A stretch of 63,797 bases of DNA, filler included, from Globobulimina sp. (taxonomy: Eukaryota), in assembly GCA_003354225.1 (NCBI GenBank). It is 35 parts of 35 records of this genome, joined end to end, with 100 filler letters (N's around TTAATTAATTAA, not from the genome) between each part and the next. Parts side by side here need not be neighbours in the genome. Positions count along the whole stretch, not along the records: positions 34,701 to 36,425 come from PIVH01012665.1; positions 36,526 to 38,250 come from PIVH01012666.1; positions 38,351 to 40,075 come from PIVH01012667.1; positions 40,176 to 41,900 come from PIVH01012668.1; positions 42,001 to 43,725 come from PIVH01012669.1; positions 43,826 to 45,550 come from PIVH01012670.1; positions 45,651 to 47,375 come from PIVH01012671.1; positions 47,476 to 49,200 come from PIVH01012672.1; 27 more parts are not named here. The stretch is one strand, 5' to 3'. Of this stretch, positions 35,979-49,483 are shown piece after piece; within the stretch, counting starts at the first letter, position 1, and every line of letters starts with the position of its first letter. The notes under the pieces were generated by a model. It made no database searches. It was not told the DNA's origin and saw only the letters and a program-made list of their open reading frames with translations. Both the position numbers and the translations under genes were made by a program.

Positions 35979-36937
35979 TCAATTAATCATTGCATGCACT
36001 GTGGACCTTTATGTCCGAAAATTGCCGATTTCACAGCAGTACTGCCAGTACATCACAAAATGAAAATACTCAAATAGCACTCTTCTTCTTCAAAACTCTA
36101 AGAAATCAATTTTTGATTTTAGATGTACTAAAGTAAAAGGACTGGTTAAATGGACTGACGAATGTGCAGTCAATAAATAAAAATACTTAGTATAATAATG
36201 AAATAAAACACAAAAATCGGATAAATAACAAGCTAACAGATAGAATACAATCATAGAAATACAGTCACATATTTTTAAAAAAGTTTCATAAAAGCGATAG
36301 AAAACTATTATCCATTTTAACTGCAGCTGAGTCACAATACTCACAACATTTAATGCAACAACAACAACATTTGTAATACCATTCGCCATAATATCCATAC
36401 ATTAACATGATAGAAATACAATTTANNNNNNNNNNNNNNNNNNNNNNNNNNNNNNNNNNNNNNNNNNNNTTAATTAATTAANNNNNNNNNNNNNNNNNNN
36501 NNNNNNNNNNNNNNNNNNNNNNNNNCACACCCACAGTCTCAACAATCATATATATCATCTCCAACACATAAATATCATGAATTGCACCAACTCCTCATCA
36601 AATATCATAAAATTCCAACTCTCCAAATGGTTATCTATATAATAGCTGTCACGACCTATTAAATCCAAAATGATAGCTGTCATCCTCATCATATATACGA
36701 ATTTTGAATCACACGCTAAATATATAGAAATCCACGCTCTAATCAGTAATCACACAAATAACAATCGCAATCACACAAATTAACAATCTCATTATTCTGT
36801 CATTGTAACATGCTGCAAAGTAAGACAGAAGAGAGTCAAGAAAGGTTTTTGAAACATCACTCACAGTATTTATAATTTCAAACATGGCAAAGCAACCATG
36901 GCAAACTAAACAAAATGCAAATACCAAATACAAATAA

Positions 36938-37991
36938 TTACATCGCAAACTTATTGAAACAATGCAGTGAATGTACAAAAATTGGATTATAGGTGGAATT
37001 AAACAGTGTAAAAGTGATTATTACAAATATTACAGTACCTAAATATGCTGTTTGTATTAATGGATTTCCGGGTAATACATAATGCGCTGTTAATCTCAGT
37101 ATTTTTTCAGATGTTTTCTTCTTTTTATATTCGCTAAAATCGATTGTAAAATGTATTGCCGGAGGAAACGAAGCCATTACAATTTGCATATCATTTTCAA
37201 ATTTTTGTTTCTCAATCAAATATTCATTATTTACATTTCGCGATATTGTCGTTCCAACACATATTGCGCCACATTCACGTAATGATTTAACGGGTTTTCC
37301 TTTTGCTACACCCAAATTATATGCAGCTGTCACCATATCATCAAATCCCGCACCCTCCACAATCATAAACGGCCTCAAATCTTTTGCCACAAATTTTACA
37401 GCCCCGTTTGTTAATTTTTTTATTTCAGCAGTTGTAAATTTAATAATTTTTGATTTTTTTAATTCCATTGTTTGCTGCAATGTCAATTGGATATTTCCAT
37501 CATTATCCTTTTGATTTTCTTGTTTAATATTATGTGCATTCTGTAAATGCGAATTCCAGCTTGATAATGATGTGTTTAATGAATAAATTAAAACACAATG
37601 ATCACATTTAATAGCAATCTCTTTACCTGTGTCCTCATTGAATATAATAGATACATTTTTCCATACAAATGATTTCCATTTCACTCCGTCTCTTCTTGAT
37701 AATTTATATTCTTTTTTTTTAAGTCTTTCTAATATTCCTTCTTTATCAAGTTTTCGTCTTTTTGCCCTTGGCTGAGATTTATCGCCATCTTCTTCTTGTT
37801 TTCTTTCAATATTATGGTTTGACATTAGTAAGCGCACTGTTTGGAAAAGAATAAGTACGAAGGAATAAGTTGTTTTAGTTAAATAATCACACAAGTCACG
37901 GCTAAATGTGCTAGTCATGACTACATTTTAGTCATGACTTAGTCACGAGTTAGTCATCATTTTCACAAATTAGTCACGAGTCAGGGGTCTG
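36938..37991 (-). mobile_element. hAT DNA transposon left end and 5' part of the transposase (likely ATG at 37825)
   Basis: BED finger (VW...C..C...HL...H), DLRPFMIVEGAGF, FTID, LTAHY; terminus CAGACCCCTGACTCGTGACTAA; TAGTCAYG subterminal repeats. Confidence 0.85.
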
Positions 37992-38806
37992 GTCCAACGC
38001 AAAGTACGCAAATTCTCATTGAAATTTGCAATCTCATAATTGTTGATGATGAAATTCGTAGCATTTTGAGTTTAATTGCTTGAATATTGAAAGAAATAAA
38101 TTGATTGAACCATTATTTATGAGTTGAATGCCTTGATTTTAATTCACTTGAATTGAATTAATTTGTACATTTACAATCCGTTTGAATAAAATAAATTGAA
38201 TTATAATAATCATAAAATCTCATCACAATAATCATATTTTGCGTGCTTATNNNNNNNNNNNNNNNNNNNNNNNNNNNNNNNNNNNNNNNNNNNNTTAATT
38301 AATTAANNNNNNNNNNNNNNNNNNNNNNNNNNNNNNNNNNNNNNNNNNNNTGTTACCCATGCCCTGTGAATATGTGTGCCAAACCCTATGAGATAAAAAA
38401 AGACAAGTCTCTAAAGTCCAGAAATAAATTCAGATGAGGTAAACTGTGATATCAGCCAACACAGAAATAAATTATTTTGCCTGCCATTTTAACTTTTCTA
38501 GTAGTCCTATCCTTTTGTTGGGGGGGGTTAAACTTTCAGTTTGAAGGGGGGTGACTTCTCCAGTAACCCCTATTAATTTTACACTGTTTGAAACCATGTT
38601 TTGGAGGCAGGGGATCATCATATTTTTCATCTGTTTTTTTACATGTGATGATTTGCTAATATGCTTGGCTTCTGGGGGCTGCTCCTCCAGACCCTGGCTT
38701 AATTTAACCCAGTCTTTCTTGCATACCTCTTTATATTTGCTTATGAGGTATACATTAACTGGTCTCTTGTGATAAGGAATCACATGAATTCATGATTATA
38801 CCAAGA

Positions 38807-39994
38807 TTATACAGGGACTTCTTGATTGGACATTGAACCACCAAACTTGACACACTTCACAATCCACAACACAAAATACACCACCACCACTACGCAAACC
38901 CACACCAAAAAACCCGTCCTATACACCTCCGCATCCACAACCAGCCCGAGGCCGAGCCCCAAATAAACCACATACTGCGCCAACAACCAGCCACCATATC
39001 CACACAACTTATGCACAATTACCCAGATAGTCCGCTTCAACGGTCGTTTCTCGCCACTCTTCCCCGGATGTGGCCTCACCAACGCATTCAACGGCTGCCA
39101 TACGCTCACCAATGTCACCACCAACCCCAACCGCTGATGCCATCCATTAAAATGCGGCGACTGCGCATCCTGCGTGAAATACACAGCCAGCCCAAATGCG
39201 CACAAATCCAATACCACACAGGCAATCTGCACTGCTCTGTGCACTTTAAACCACCTATCCGCTCCCTTCTTTTTCCCATACAAAAACCTCGCCGCACTCG
39301 ATATGATCCCCACCGCGCACAATACGCTCCACGCCACCGTCATCAACGCACCATGCACCTGCTTCAACAGATGATTTTCGACCTCACCCACTGTCACCGC
39401 GCCCGTTTCTAAATTAATAGTGTACGGCGCAATGCTCCGCGTCTTATGATATTCCAATTGTAAGTCATAGCCCACCGCCCAGCGAAAAACAATATCATTA
39501 TCGCCCTCTACAAATTGTGTGCTGCTTAACGGTGTCTCATACACCAAATTCAGCTCTGTATCGCCAGTCTGCAGTCTCCGCCGAGAACTCTCCACATTGT
39601 GCCAGTTTAGCAACGGTTTATAAATCACTTTGTCCGCGCTTTTCGCGATGTTGTCATACGCATAGAAGCCCACTTCGCGACTGTACCCTCGCTTGCCATT
39701 GGTATAAATAATGGCATCGCCAAACATCGTCTCAGAAAACACAAACCCGAACCAATTGTCCTCATACGCATGATACGTCACATTGATGCTAAACATATCG
39801 CGTTCGCAGTCGATCTCAAACACCAATGTGAATATATCGTCGATGGTCACCGGCTTATTATTCTTTCTCTTAGTCGGCCCACAATTTTTTTTATCCTCCT
39901 CACTGTCCGTAACCTCGTCATCGAAGTCCGTCACTACACACTCATTATCCACGTCATCGCACCAATATAAGTCTGTAATCTCCGGTGCAGGCAC
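38807..39994 (-). CDS. DOMON + cytochrome b561 (ferric-chelate reductase-like), 5'-partial
   Basis: WFGFVFS..M.GDAII; HGALM..AW, WFKVHRAVQ, HQRLG, VHKLCG. Confidence 0.9.
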   Translation of the reverse strand: MPAPEITDLYWCDDVDNECVVTDFDDEVTDSEEDKKNCGPTKRKNNKPVTIDDIFTLVFEIDCERDMFSINVTYHAYEDNWFGFVFSETMFGDAIIYTNGKRGYSREVGFYAYDNIAKSADKVIYKPLLNWHNVESSRRRLQTGDTELNLVYETPLSSTQFVEGDNDIVFRWAVGYDLQLEYHKTRSIAPYTINLETGAVTVGEVENHLLKQVHGALMTVAWSVLCAVGIISSAARFLYGKKKGADRWFKVHRAVQIACVVLDLCAFGLAVYFTQDAQSPHFNGWHQRLGLVVTLVSVWQPLNALVRPHPGKSGEKRPLKRTIWVIVHKLCGYGGWLLAQYVVYLGLGLGLVVDAEVYRTGFLVWVCVVVVVYFVLWIVKCVKFGGSMSNQEVPV

Positions 39995-40175
39995 AATGGG
40001 AAAGGTTTTATAGCCACGATAGGGCGCCGCGCCATGCGCTTGTAAGGCAATAGAAAGGTTAGAGAAATGAAAAAANNNNNNNNNNNNNNNNNNNNNNNNN
40101 NNNNNNNNNNNNNNNNNNNTTAATTAATTAANNNNNNNNNNNNNNNNNNNNNNNNNNNNNNNNNNNNNNNNNNNN

Positions 40176-40727
40176 CTATCAAATGAGTCATCGTTTGGTG
40201 CTATGCATATGGATAAAAATTTAAACAAAACACAATTATCCATCTTAAATGCATTTAAGTCTATGATCGAAGATGGATTATATTTTATATTGGTTTGGCG
40301 CAGAATGTGTTTGGATGATAATATATATAAATATATGGAAATGATGATTGGCGATCAAATCGCTGCGTGGAAACGGAAATTGTTCATACTTTTATACTTC
40401 AAAAAACATGAAAGAGATAAAATGTGGGCACAGGGAATTGCGCGATTGGAAGCAAATGACATTTATAAAAAAGGAAACAAAATGATTGAAAATGTTGTGG
40501 ATTATATTGGTGAAAAGGAATTCTTTTTTGGTCATGAATTAACTACATTGGATTTAACTATTTATGGTCACATTGGTTCAATGTATCAGTTATCTTCGGT
40601 GTTGACATGGGGTCAAAGCAAGGCATTGCCGGCAAAATTACAATATAAGAAAGAAATAAATGAATATATGAAACGAATTGAAGCGGCATGTTTTGGTGAA
40701 TTGAAATATTGGAAGGATATTGTATAA
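40176..40727 (+). CDS. Metaxin/FAX-like GST C-terminal domain protein, partial
   Basis: IGEKEFFFGHELTTLDLTIYGHI. Confidence 0.75.
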   Translation, partial: LSNESSFGAMHMDKNLNKTQLSILNAFKSMIEDGLYFILVWRRMCLDDNIYKYMEMMIGDQIAAWKRKLFILLYFKKHERDKMWAQGIARLEANDIYKKGNKMIENVVDYIGEKEFFFGHELTTLDLTIYGHIGSMYQLSSVLTWGQSKALPAKLQYKKEINEYMKRIEAACFGELKYWKDIV

Positions 40728-41035
40728 TTTTATCAAGTCATTGTGGTTTTTATTTTGCATTATTTTGTGTTTTTATTTTTAAGTTTGAAGATAGTAAAAT
40801 TAAAAAACGTTTTCCTGTACTTTCATCAACTTCAACCATTTCACCACTCCCTTCATTACTTTTCATCTGTTAACAATATTCGTAGCATTGATTGAAGCGA
40901 CACAGAGATAGACTTTCTTTCGTGTTCTAATCATTTTATATTTGTTATATTACGGCAATAGGAGATTGTTGTAAAGATTGAAACAGAAATCGTTTGTAAC
41001 AAGGATATATTGCCAGATTTTAACAATCAATAAAA

Positions 41036-41865
41036 ATGCAAGCAGCAACAAATAGCAATGTCGATATTGACGAATTAACAGAGAAATTAATTGATTTTAA
41101 AGCCAAATTATCAAAGAAAGAGAAAATATGCAATGGTGATAGCGAAGATGATGAAAATGGGGCAAACACACAAAGCAAAACAACTACTAACACCGTATCC
41201 AAATCATTAAAAAATAAACAAATCGCAAACAAACAGTCGCAACCACCAAGGAAACCATTGTCGAATTTAACAAATACAATCGAGTCAAAACACAAAACGA
41301 ACAACAATGAAGCAATTATTTTATATGCTAAAAAACATGAAAATAATTCATTTCATAATCAAGCATCGACAACAAATCCATATCTTAATTATAATCAACA
41401 ACATCAATGGTATAATCGTGCTAATTTTGTGCAAGAACCATATTACGAATATCAATATTTTATGAATCAGCCACAAATTCAAAATAATGCGATTTATAAT
41501 CAATATAATCCATTAACCGCATCGTTAGCAGCACCCGTCGATAATGACAGCATTTGCTCAACGGATCAAACAACAGCACCAAATATCAAAAGTTTAGTTT
41601 TTATATTTTTATTCCGCGTGTAATGCGATTGCTTATTTACATATAAATATTGTCAGAAATGCATTTAGATCCACATTTATTGTCAGATCAAGCATGGATA
41701 AGATATACAGAACAATTAGCAATGGCACATTCGCCGTACATTGCGTGGGACGCACCGTATGCGATTGCAAACGTACAGTTTGCAGATCCATTCGATTTAA
41801 TTTTAAAAGTGTGGCATGAAAAGCCTTTGGATACGAAAAAATATTTTAAGTTTTGTACAAACTAG
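41036..41865 (+). CDS. Low-complexity hypothetical protein, spliced
   Basis: N/Q/Y-rich ORF followed by a probable short intron and second exon. Confidence 0.45.
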
Positions 41866-42000
41866 TTTGCTTTACTCGGTTTGGAAACGGTTTTTACATT
41901 NNNNNNNNNNNNNNNNNNNNNNNNNNNNNNNNNNNNNNNNNNNNTTAATTAATTAANNNNNNNNNNNNNNNNNNNNNNNNNNNNNNNNNNNNNNNNNNNN

Positions 42001-42941
42001 GGAAGCAAAATATGAGGCTTTGAAACAAAAATACAATGAATATCAGAACATGCAGCACTCACAGTATTCAACTTGGACTGCCCAAGACATTGCAGATTGG
42101 ATTATAAACATTGATCACACGAATTATCGGAAGTATTACAAAAAACTGAGCAGCCGAATGATAAAAGAATGCATTGATGGCAATTATTTACAGGATTTGG
42201 ATAAAAATGACTTGCATCGTTTGGGTATTGTTTCTTTCAAAGATAAAAGAAATATTTATAACTGTATGCAAGATCTAATTAGAAAATCAAAACGGTTGCA
42301 ACAATATGAAAACAAAAACATATGGAAATATAAAGCGCTTTCAAACTGGACAACTGATGATATAATAAAGTGGCTAATGACGCTAAATTTGGCTGACCAT
42401 TGTTACTACAAAATACTGAATGAAATTGAAAACTGTGAATGTAACGGTGAGGATATTATTTCTTTGACATGTTGGGAAGATGTTGGCTAAGCATTTGGTA
42501 TTGAAAACTATAAAAAAGTGTGCAAGCAAATATTTAAAGAAATTCTGCACATTCAACTGGAACATAAAGTTGATATGGAACAGAAGGAGAATGCAGCGAC
42601 GCAAAGAGATGATGGATTTTATATTAATATTTTCAGTCAAGGAAAATATATGCTTTTGAATGAGAGAGTGACTGAAAATGTAAGAGTGGAATCAGTAAAG
42701 CAAATATATCGGAATTTATCAGGAGTTACAACAGATATTGACGACATTCATTTTTATTCCAAATTTAAATTGTTACCTCCAAATGTATGTTGTTGAACTA
42801 TCTTAACTTGTTTTGTTGGCTCGTAACATATAATAAAAATATGCTGTACTGTATATGCAGAGAACTTTGAAAGAAGTGAATATTGTGGATGACAAACATT
42901 TAATCACAGTTAAATTTGGTACAGATGGAGCTGATATGTAG
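42001..42941 (+). pseudogene. Tandem SAM domains + ubiquitin-like domain, with in-frame TAA at 42488-42490
   Basis: WTAQDIADWI...DLHRLGI; frame continues past the TAA; intron near 42785-42860, then RTLKEVNI. Confidence 0.6.
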
Positions 42942-43047
42942 TTATAATTAATCGATACGTATTGTTCAATTTTGTTGAGTTTGTGATTGATTTCTTAGTG
43001 TTTAATTTGAAGACGATTTTTCTACAAAACTTTGAAACAGCAATTGC

Positions 43048-43725
43048 ATGACCATGGCCAACGCTTTTGTAGAATCTTTTATGTCAACGTTTCACGAAAA
43101 AGTGAAAAAAGATGCTGACGGCCAAATGAAAAAAGATGCTGATATTTATAAAGAAAAATTAGCTCAACTTCAACGAAACACTGCGAGTTTATTGAAACAT
43201 ACCATTGCTGATTACAATAAAAAGCAAAACAAATTGGGAAAGCGCATGGTCGATATGATTGCGAAAAAGGAAAATGAATCAAACAGAAGACTTAGAAATG
43301 AACTGACAATGATAACGGATGACTTGTTATGTGATATTTATTCCTCATATATCTGTAAAACCAAACAAGTAACAAACATATTTTATAGGTTCAATGATCC
43401 AAAACAATTACTCGAGAAAATACAAAAAGCCACTCGCAACCTTGAAAATGTTAAACCAATTCCTCATATTCCTTACACTCTCATTGTACGATATGTTGTG
43501 TGACCGACATTATTTTTTACAAAATATAGGTTCAAAAGGAATTTGCCAATGAGAAAAAAGAATGGATGAATGACGATAAACGAATCGTGGAATGGTTAGG
43601 GAGACCATTGAAAAACGCAATGGATGAGAAGGAAACTGGCAAATCGGATTTTGATTTTATTACAATCAAAGTCGATGACCGAACATTCAGGACATATCGC
43701 AAGACATTAACACAAGTCCAAGGGT
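43048..43725 (+). CDS. Coiled-coil protein entering a BTB/POZ (KCTD-like) domain, partial
   Basis: ITIKVDDRTFRTYRKTLT. Confidence 0.55.
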
Positions 43726-43825
43726 NNNNNNNNNNNNNNNNNNNNNNNNNNNNNNNNNNNNNNNNNNNNTTAATTAATTAANNNNNNNNNNNNNNNNNNN
43801 NNNNNNNNNNNNNNNNNNNNNNNNN

Positions 43826-45307
43826 TATAATAAAGGACATACATTATTTTTCCATGGAACATCCCAAGTGAATAAAAATGCAGAGATAAACAATGGATTA
43901 ATATATTATAACACCACACAGTTACAACAACTGAGAGCTTGGGGATTTAAAGCAATTCGTCTAGGTTTTCTATGGAATGCTTACGAAACATCACCAGGTA
44001 TATTCAACGAAGCATACATGAACGGAATAGAAAATATAACCAATTTATACGCTGCATATGGTATGTATACAATATTGGATATGCATCAAGATTTGTGGTC
44101 GCCATTATTCTGCGGTGGACACGGCATCCCTGAATTTTACAGTTATCCTGATAACACCACACAAGAATACTGGAAATATCACAATAAAACCTATCCATTG
44201 CCGCACTTCCAACCGCATGGCTATACTGACAACGATGTATATGCCAACGTTTTCGGCCACGTAGATGGCATAACATGCAATGAAATGGTTACTAATACCA
44301 CAGTTGGCTGGGCCTCATCATATACTACTTTTGCGTTAGGAAATGCAGCACAGAGATTATACGATAACGCTGATGGATATCTTGACAAATTTGCACATAA
44401 TTTCTGGAGGAAAGTGGCTGCAAAATTTGTCGACAACCCTGCTGTTTTAGGCTACGAATTGATAAATGAGCCGTGGGTCGGTGATGTGACAAATTTCCCT
44501 GAACTGTACACACCGAAAGCATGCGATGTGCTCAATTTACGGCATGTGTATAAATATTTAAATGATGTTATCAGATTGGTTGATAATGAAACCATAATAT
44601 TTTATGAACCTTGCACTGGAGGCAACGATTTGGATGCCACGCCATGCGGATTTAATGCTGGTCCGGGTGGCAATGCGTACGATGACAAACAATCGTTGTC
44701 GTATCATATATATTGTCCATTTATTCAAACGGACGTACCAATCACAAACGATACGAGAGTGAATAATACATTGTTGCGGATTTGCTATGATATAAATAAT
44801 TTGCAATGGTACTGGAGGTTACTTGATACAAAACGGTTAAAAACAGCTGGGTTTTTAACTGAGTTTGGTGCGGTGCCGTATACGCCGATGGGATGGAGTA
44901 TGATTAAGTATATGGCTGATAAATGTGACGAGAATTTGGTGTCTTGGACTTATTGGTATATGGACTTGCATAGTGCACGGGATATGGCACAGATACATTA
45001 TATTACGCGGACGTATGCGTATCAAGTGGCAGCCACAAATGTTACGGAAATGTATTATAATGCGACAAGTGAATATTTCAGATTGCAGTATGTTTTGATG
45101 GAGGATATGGTGGAAAGGAATTTAACGACAAGGATATATTTTTCATATAAATTGCATTATTCGAATGGTGTGAATTGGAGTGTGTCGCCTGAGAAAATGG
45201 TAAATGTTGAAGTTAATTACGAGGATAACGATATCATTTTGCGTCCAATACAGAATCCGGAGAATAATAACACAATATTGCTGTTTGAGTTGCGATCTAA
45301 ATCGTGA
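43826..45307 (+). CDS. GH5 endoglycoceramidase-like glycosidase, 5'-partial
   Basis: IRLGFLW, LDMHQD, GYELINEP, LTEFG, RTYA. Confidence 0.9.
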   Translation, partial: YNKGHTLFFHGTSQVNKNAEINNGLIYYNTTQLQQLRAWGFKAIRLGFLWNAYETSPGIFNEAYMNGIENITNLYAAYGMYTILDMHQDLWSPLFCGGHGIPEFYSYPDNTTQEYWKYHNKTYPLPHFQPHGYTDNDVYANVFGHVDGITCNEMVTNTTVGWASSYTTFALGNAAQRLYDNADGYLDKFAHNFWRKVAAKFVDNPAVLGYELINEPWVGDVTNFPELYTPKACDVLNLRHVYKYLNDVIRLVDNETIIFYEPCTGGNDLDATPCGFNAGPGGNAYDDKQSLSYHIYCPFIQTDVPITNDTRVNNTLLRICYDINNLQWYWRLLDTKRLKTAGFLTEFGAVPYTPMGWSMIKYMADKCDENLVSWTYWYMDLHSARDMAQIHYITRTYAYQVAATNVTEMYYNATSEYFRLQYVLMEDMVERNLTTRIYFSYKLHYSNGVNWSVSPEKMVNVEVNYEDNDIILRPIQNPENNNTILLFELRSKS

Positions 45308-45650
45308 CTTGTGTATATGTGGATGTTATAAATTTTAAGTGAAAACCTCTCAAGTAAATTATAAATATTTATAATTAAAAATGTTCATTTTTATGCTGTC
45401 ATATATTGCGTTTTTATGCTGTACATATATTGTATTTTAATCCAAACCACAAACAGCCAACACCAATTTTTCATAATCTCCTCCAAGATCTTTTTTTATC
45501 CAATTATTCAATGTTTTCCCTTCGCCATATCTTTGCCCAAACACAATACCNNNNNNNNNNNNNNNNNNNNNNNNNNNNNNNNNNNNNNNNNNNNTTAATT
45601 AATTAANNNNNNNNNNNNNNNNNNNNNNNNNNNNNNNNNNNNNNNNNNNN

Positions 45651-46728
45651 CAATATCAGCTTTGCTCACAATCGAAGCATCCGCAACTTGAGAATATAAT
45701 ATAGAATACATATCATCGCCAACTGTAAATCTCCACAGACGATGATTATACACATAGCCATCAGTAACATTCATAACATACACTCCGCTCCATACGGAAT
45801 ATACGCCATCAATAGCGATGGTATAGGATGCTACACATAACATACTCACATTACTATCCCTATCAATACCGCATACATCAGCATCAATATCAAATGTATG
45901 GTCCACAACGTCGCCAACCACCCATTCTGCACATAACGTTGGTACAAATTGAATGTAACTGTTATTTATAGACACATCCAGCTCCGAATAAACACACAAT
46001 GCTTTCGTAACTGTGCCCACATTGATCTTCCAGCCATATCGCTCTAGCAAGCCTGAGGAGGACATGAAGCGAAAAAGCGTCCAATGTAAATATGAAACAA
46101 CCCCATCAGTGCTGGTATAAAACCATTCAGCCACACCATCAATTTGCTGTACATATGTGCCAGTATACGCAGCCAGCTCTGGAGAACGCGACAGGACACA
46201 AAAATGCGTGCCGTTGGCATTTGGATCAGGAGCTGGGCACAAATCGCCTTCCAGCAGTAATTCAGTAGAGATTTGATATAAAAAGGAATTGATGGGTTTC
46301 TCATACCATATATCGCAATCCGTTGGATCCGCAGTGATGGTATCATTACAATAAGCAACCGGAAGGTACGAAGTGCCCTCTCCAATCACCCAGTTCATAT
46401 AGGTATTCATATCAAAATATATGCGCCAATCGACATTTTCATCAATATTATATCTTTTATCCTGCTGCCATACTGGATGACCATTGTCGTCACTGTCAAT
46501 CAGCTGTTCATATTCGCCCGTGATCCTCGTATATTGTTCATCATATTCCCTGTCCTCAATACATATCGTTGTCAGTGTTGGACTTGAAGTAAAATAAACA
46601 GTCGTGTTTGGTGAGATGGTGGTTGTTAAACTTGTTGAGTTTGTTGAGTTTGTATTGTTTTGTGATCGCACAGCATTTAGAATCACAACCAAAAGTAATA
46701 AAATATAGTGGAAAAAAGCAGCAGCCAT
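45651..46728 (-). CDS. Secreted protein with repeated Cys/Trp modules, partial
   Basis: Signal peptide; three G.Y...W...C..W modules. Confidence 0.65.
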
Positions 46729-47475
46729 GTGACAGATGGTGGATGATTACTGACTAGTAAGCTGTTTTTTTTAGAGTTTAAAAACTGCTAAATAGGTAAT
46801 TATTGAAGGAAAATAGGTTAAAAATATAATGTTAAAAGAGTCGCTCATCTGGTGAATTGATTGGTTTCTTAGTCAAATGGAAACAGTATTTGTATACTTG
46901 TACATACAACAGTATATTGTTTCAGTTGTACATACAACCTTGTTTTAGATTTATTGCATGGCTCTGAAAATTCTTGCCATATATCTCGCCCAATATTTCC
47001 TTCATCAAAAAAAATCATCTAAGCTGACCATATTCAGTATACAGTGGAGGGGATTATCTATCTGAATATATCGTTGAGGGATTATTTTACACATTTCTTA
47101 ATCTAACACAATCGGACCAACAGAAATCGTTTCTGAAAGTTTATTAAACACCGAATCAAAATCATTGTCATTATAATTATGTTGAATAGTGCGAAATAAG
47201 CGAGACAAACACTGTTTAAAATATATTCGTCGTTCCATTCTTCCTAATTTTGAACTCTCTCCTTCAATTTTCAATTTATTTTTTATTTCATCATCATTAT
47301 AATCAATATCCTCATAATTCAATTCATTATTTTCATTGTCTTCAATATCTGGAAAATCAACAAACATTTCCAATCNNNNNNNNNNNNNNNNNNNNNNNNN
47401 NNNNNNNNNNNNNNNNNNNTTAATTAATTAANNNNNNNNNNNNNNNNNNNNNNNNNNNNNNNNNNNNNNNNNNNN

Positions 47476-48673
47476 AGTGCCGTCGTTTTTAGATTGTATG
47501 CAAGGCGGCGCTGAGAGATCTTGATGCGTTGCTATCGATGTTAAGATGACAGATATATTTATATTTTATATACACTTTAAAACACTGCAGCAAAAATATG
47601 ACAGTTTACCGGATCCAATGGGCATCCAAAAGATGTGCACAGTTACGCTATATACTGGTACTTGCAATTGGATGTGCATTATGTGGTGGATTTTATATAG
47701 GTTTACATCATATTTATGGTTCGCAGCCATCTCGCTATCAAACTGCACTCCGACAAATTGGAAATATTGTGTCAGTTTATGACTTTGACAAAAAGTTGCC
47801 AGTCTGGTATGAACTATGCAGTGTTAAATTGTGCTGACCATAAAAGTGCGACTGTGGCAAATACCGCATAGGGGCTTCGGAGCTTGGATGGATGGCGTGG
47901 TGTTCCATGATTTTGCGCTGAATTTTGATGAGTCCAATCCTGAGGTTCAAGGCATTTATGGCGCGGAACAAATATATTTGAATGGACTTCGAGCGGAGAT
48001 GTTTCAATTAAGCGGTCCGACATTGTTTCAACCGGTATTAAAAAAAGCGAAATACTGTGCACAAATTGCTCATAAAACAGATGATTTGTATTATTTGATA
48101 TTGCTAATATTGACAGACGGCGTAATCAATGATATGAAGCAAAGCAAAGATGAGATTGTCGAGATGGCCAATACGGATTTGCCGATTAGTGTCATTATTG
48201 TTGGTATTGGTGACGCTGATTTTGGAGCTATGAGGGAGTTGGACGGCGATGAGAGAGGTTTGATGGATTCGAGAGGACAATCTGCCAAAAGAGATGTGGT
48301 GCAATTTGTGCGCATGGATTCTTATAAGAGTTTGAATCAACTCTCGAAACAGACTTTGATGGAAATACCCAGACAGTTTTTATCATACACAAAAGCACAT
48401 AATATTGAACCTGCGCAGAAAAGGAAAATGCAAGAAAATGAAAATTTATTTGGTGTCTCTGGAGATGATTTGAAGCAAAACGAAGAAGAAGCGCAATATC
48501 GGCAATTGCATGCGTCAGAGTCGGAGTATAATGCAGTTGCGGATATCTATGCCAATGCTCCTTTGCCGGAGGGCTGGGAAAAGGGATATGATGAAAGTGA
48601 TAGACCATATTATGTTGATAATATAAGCAAAAAAACTCAGTGGGAGCATCCATCTTCGATTAAAAAGCAATGA
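47476..48673 (+). CDS. Copine (vWA domain) with C-terminal WW domain, spliced, 5'-partial
   Basis: LSGPTLF, LLILTDGVI, PISVIIVGIG, RDVVQFV; LPEGWE..Y....PYYVD..T.WEHP. Confidence 0.9.
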
Positions 48674-49483
48674 AAATCAATTTAGTAGATTCGAGTAAAT
48701 AGATTATGAAAGTAGGTTTTTTAATTCCATTTCTAGTGCATACCTCACTTCAAGAAAATCGTTATATCAGGGTTCTCACCTTATAGACGACAGTGCAAGG
48801 ATAGATTTTTCCAACATTTCGCAAAACCCCTCAGTTTAAGAGTTGCTCAACAATGACAGCGTTGTTTGTCAGCCTTTTTTTATGGTGGATTCAAAATACA
48901 TTTGCTCAAGAATATCCATGTTATGTGAGTGGCAATGATCCTTCGCCTGGGTACTCCCGAGTATGTACATAACAGATGCTCGATAATTCTGCTACTGGCT
49001 CGGCTATATAACAAATATTAAAATTAAAGGTTTACTTCACTTATCCTGTGAAATATTAAAATTAAAGGCTCTGCAATGGTCAGTGTTTCATACCGATAAC
49101 TCTGGTTATTCACAAACTGATAATTATGCTCCGGGTAATTCTGTTGGATATCCAGACACTGTCGAAGGTATATTATTATATACAATATATCCCAAAACAT
49201 NNNNNNNNNNNNNNNNNNNNNNNNNNNNNNNNNNNNNNNNNNNNTTAATTAATTAANNNNNNNNNNNNNNNNNNNNNNNNNNNNNNNNNNNNNNNNNNNN
49301 TTATACGAAATTCCCTCGTAAAAATCATATTTAGGATTGCCAATCTAAAAGACAAGTGTAGACATTGGAGACATGAAATGTAACGGTCTCGAAAATCACT
49401 TAGTTGAGCATAGTCAATTTAGAGAATTGCAGAAAATCGCTTAAGTTTAACTATTTTAGTAGTACTGGAAGAAAAACTATTTT

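Noticed and set aside
38351-38800. Compositionally distinct stretch with a 103-aa ORF
   Set aside because: No recognisable product; probably a chimeric or foreign fragment
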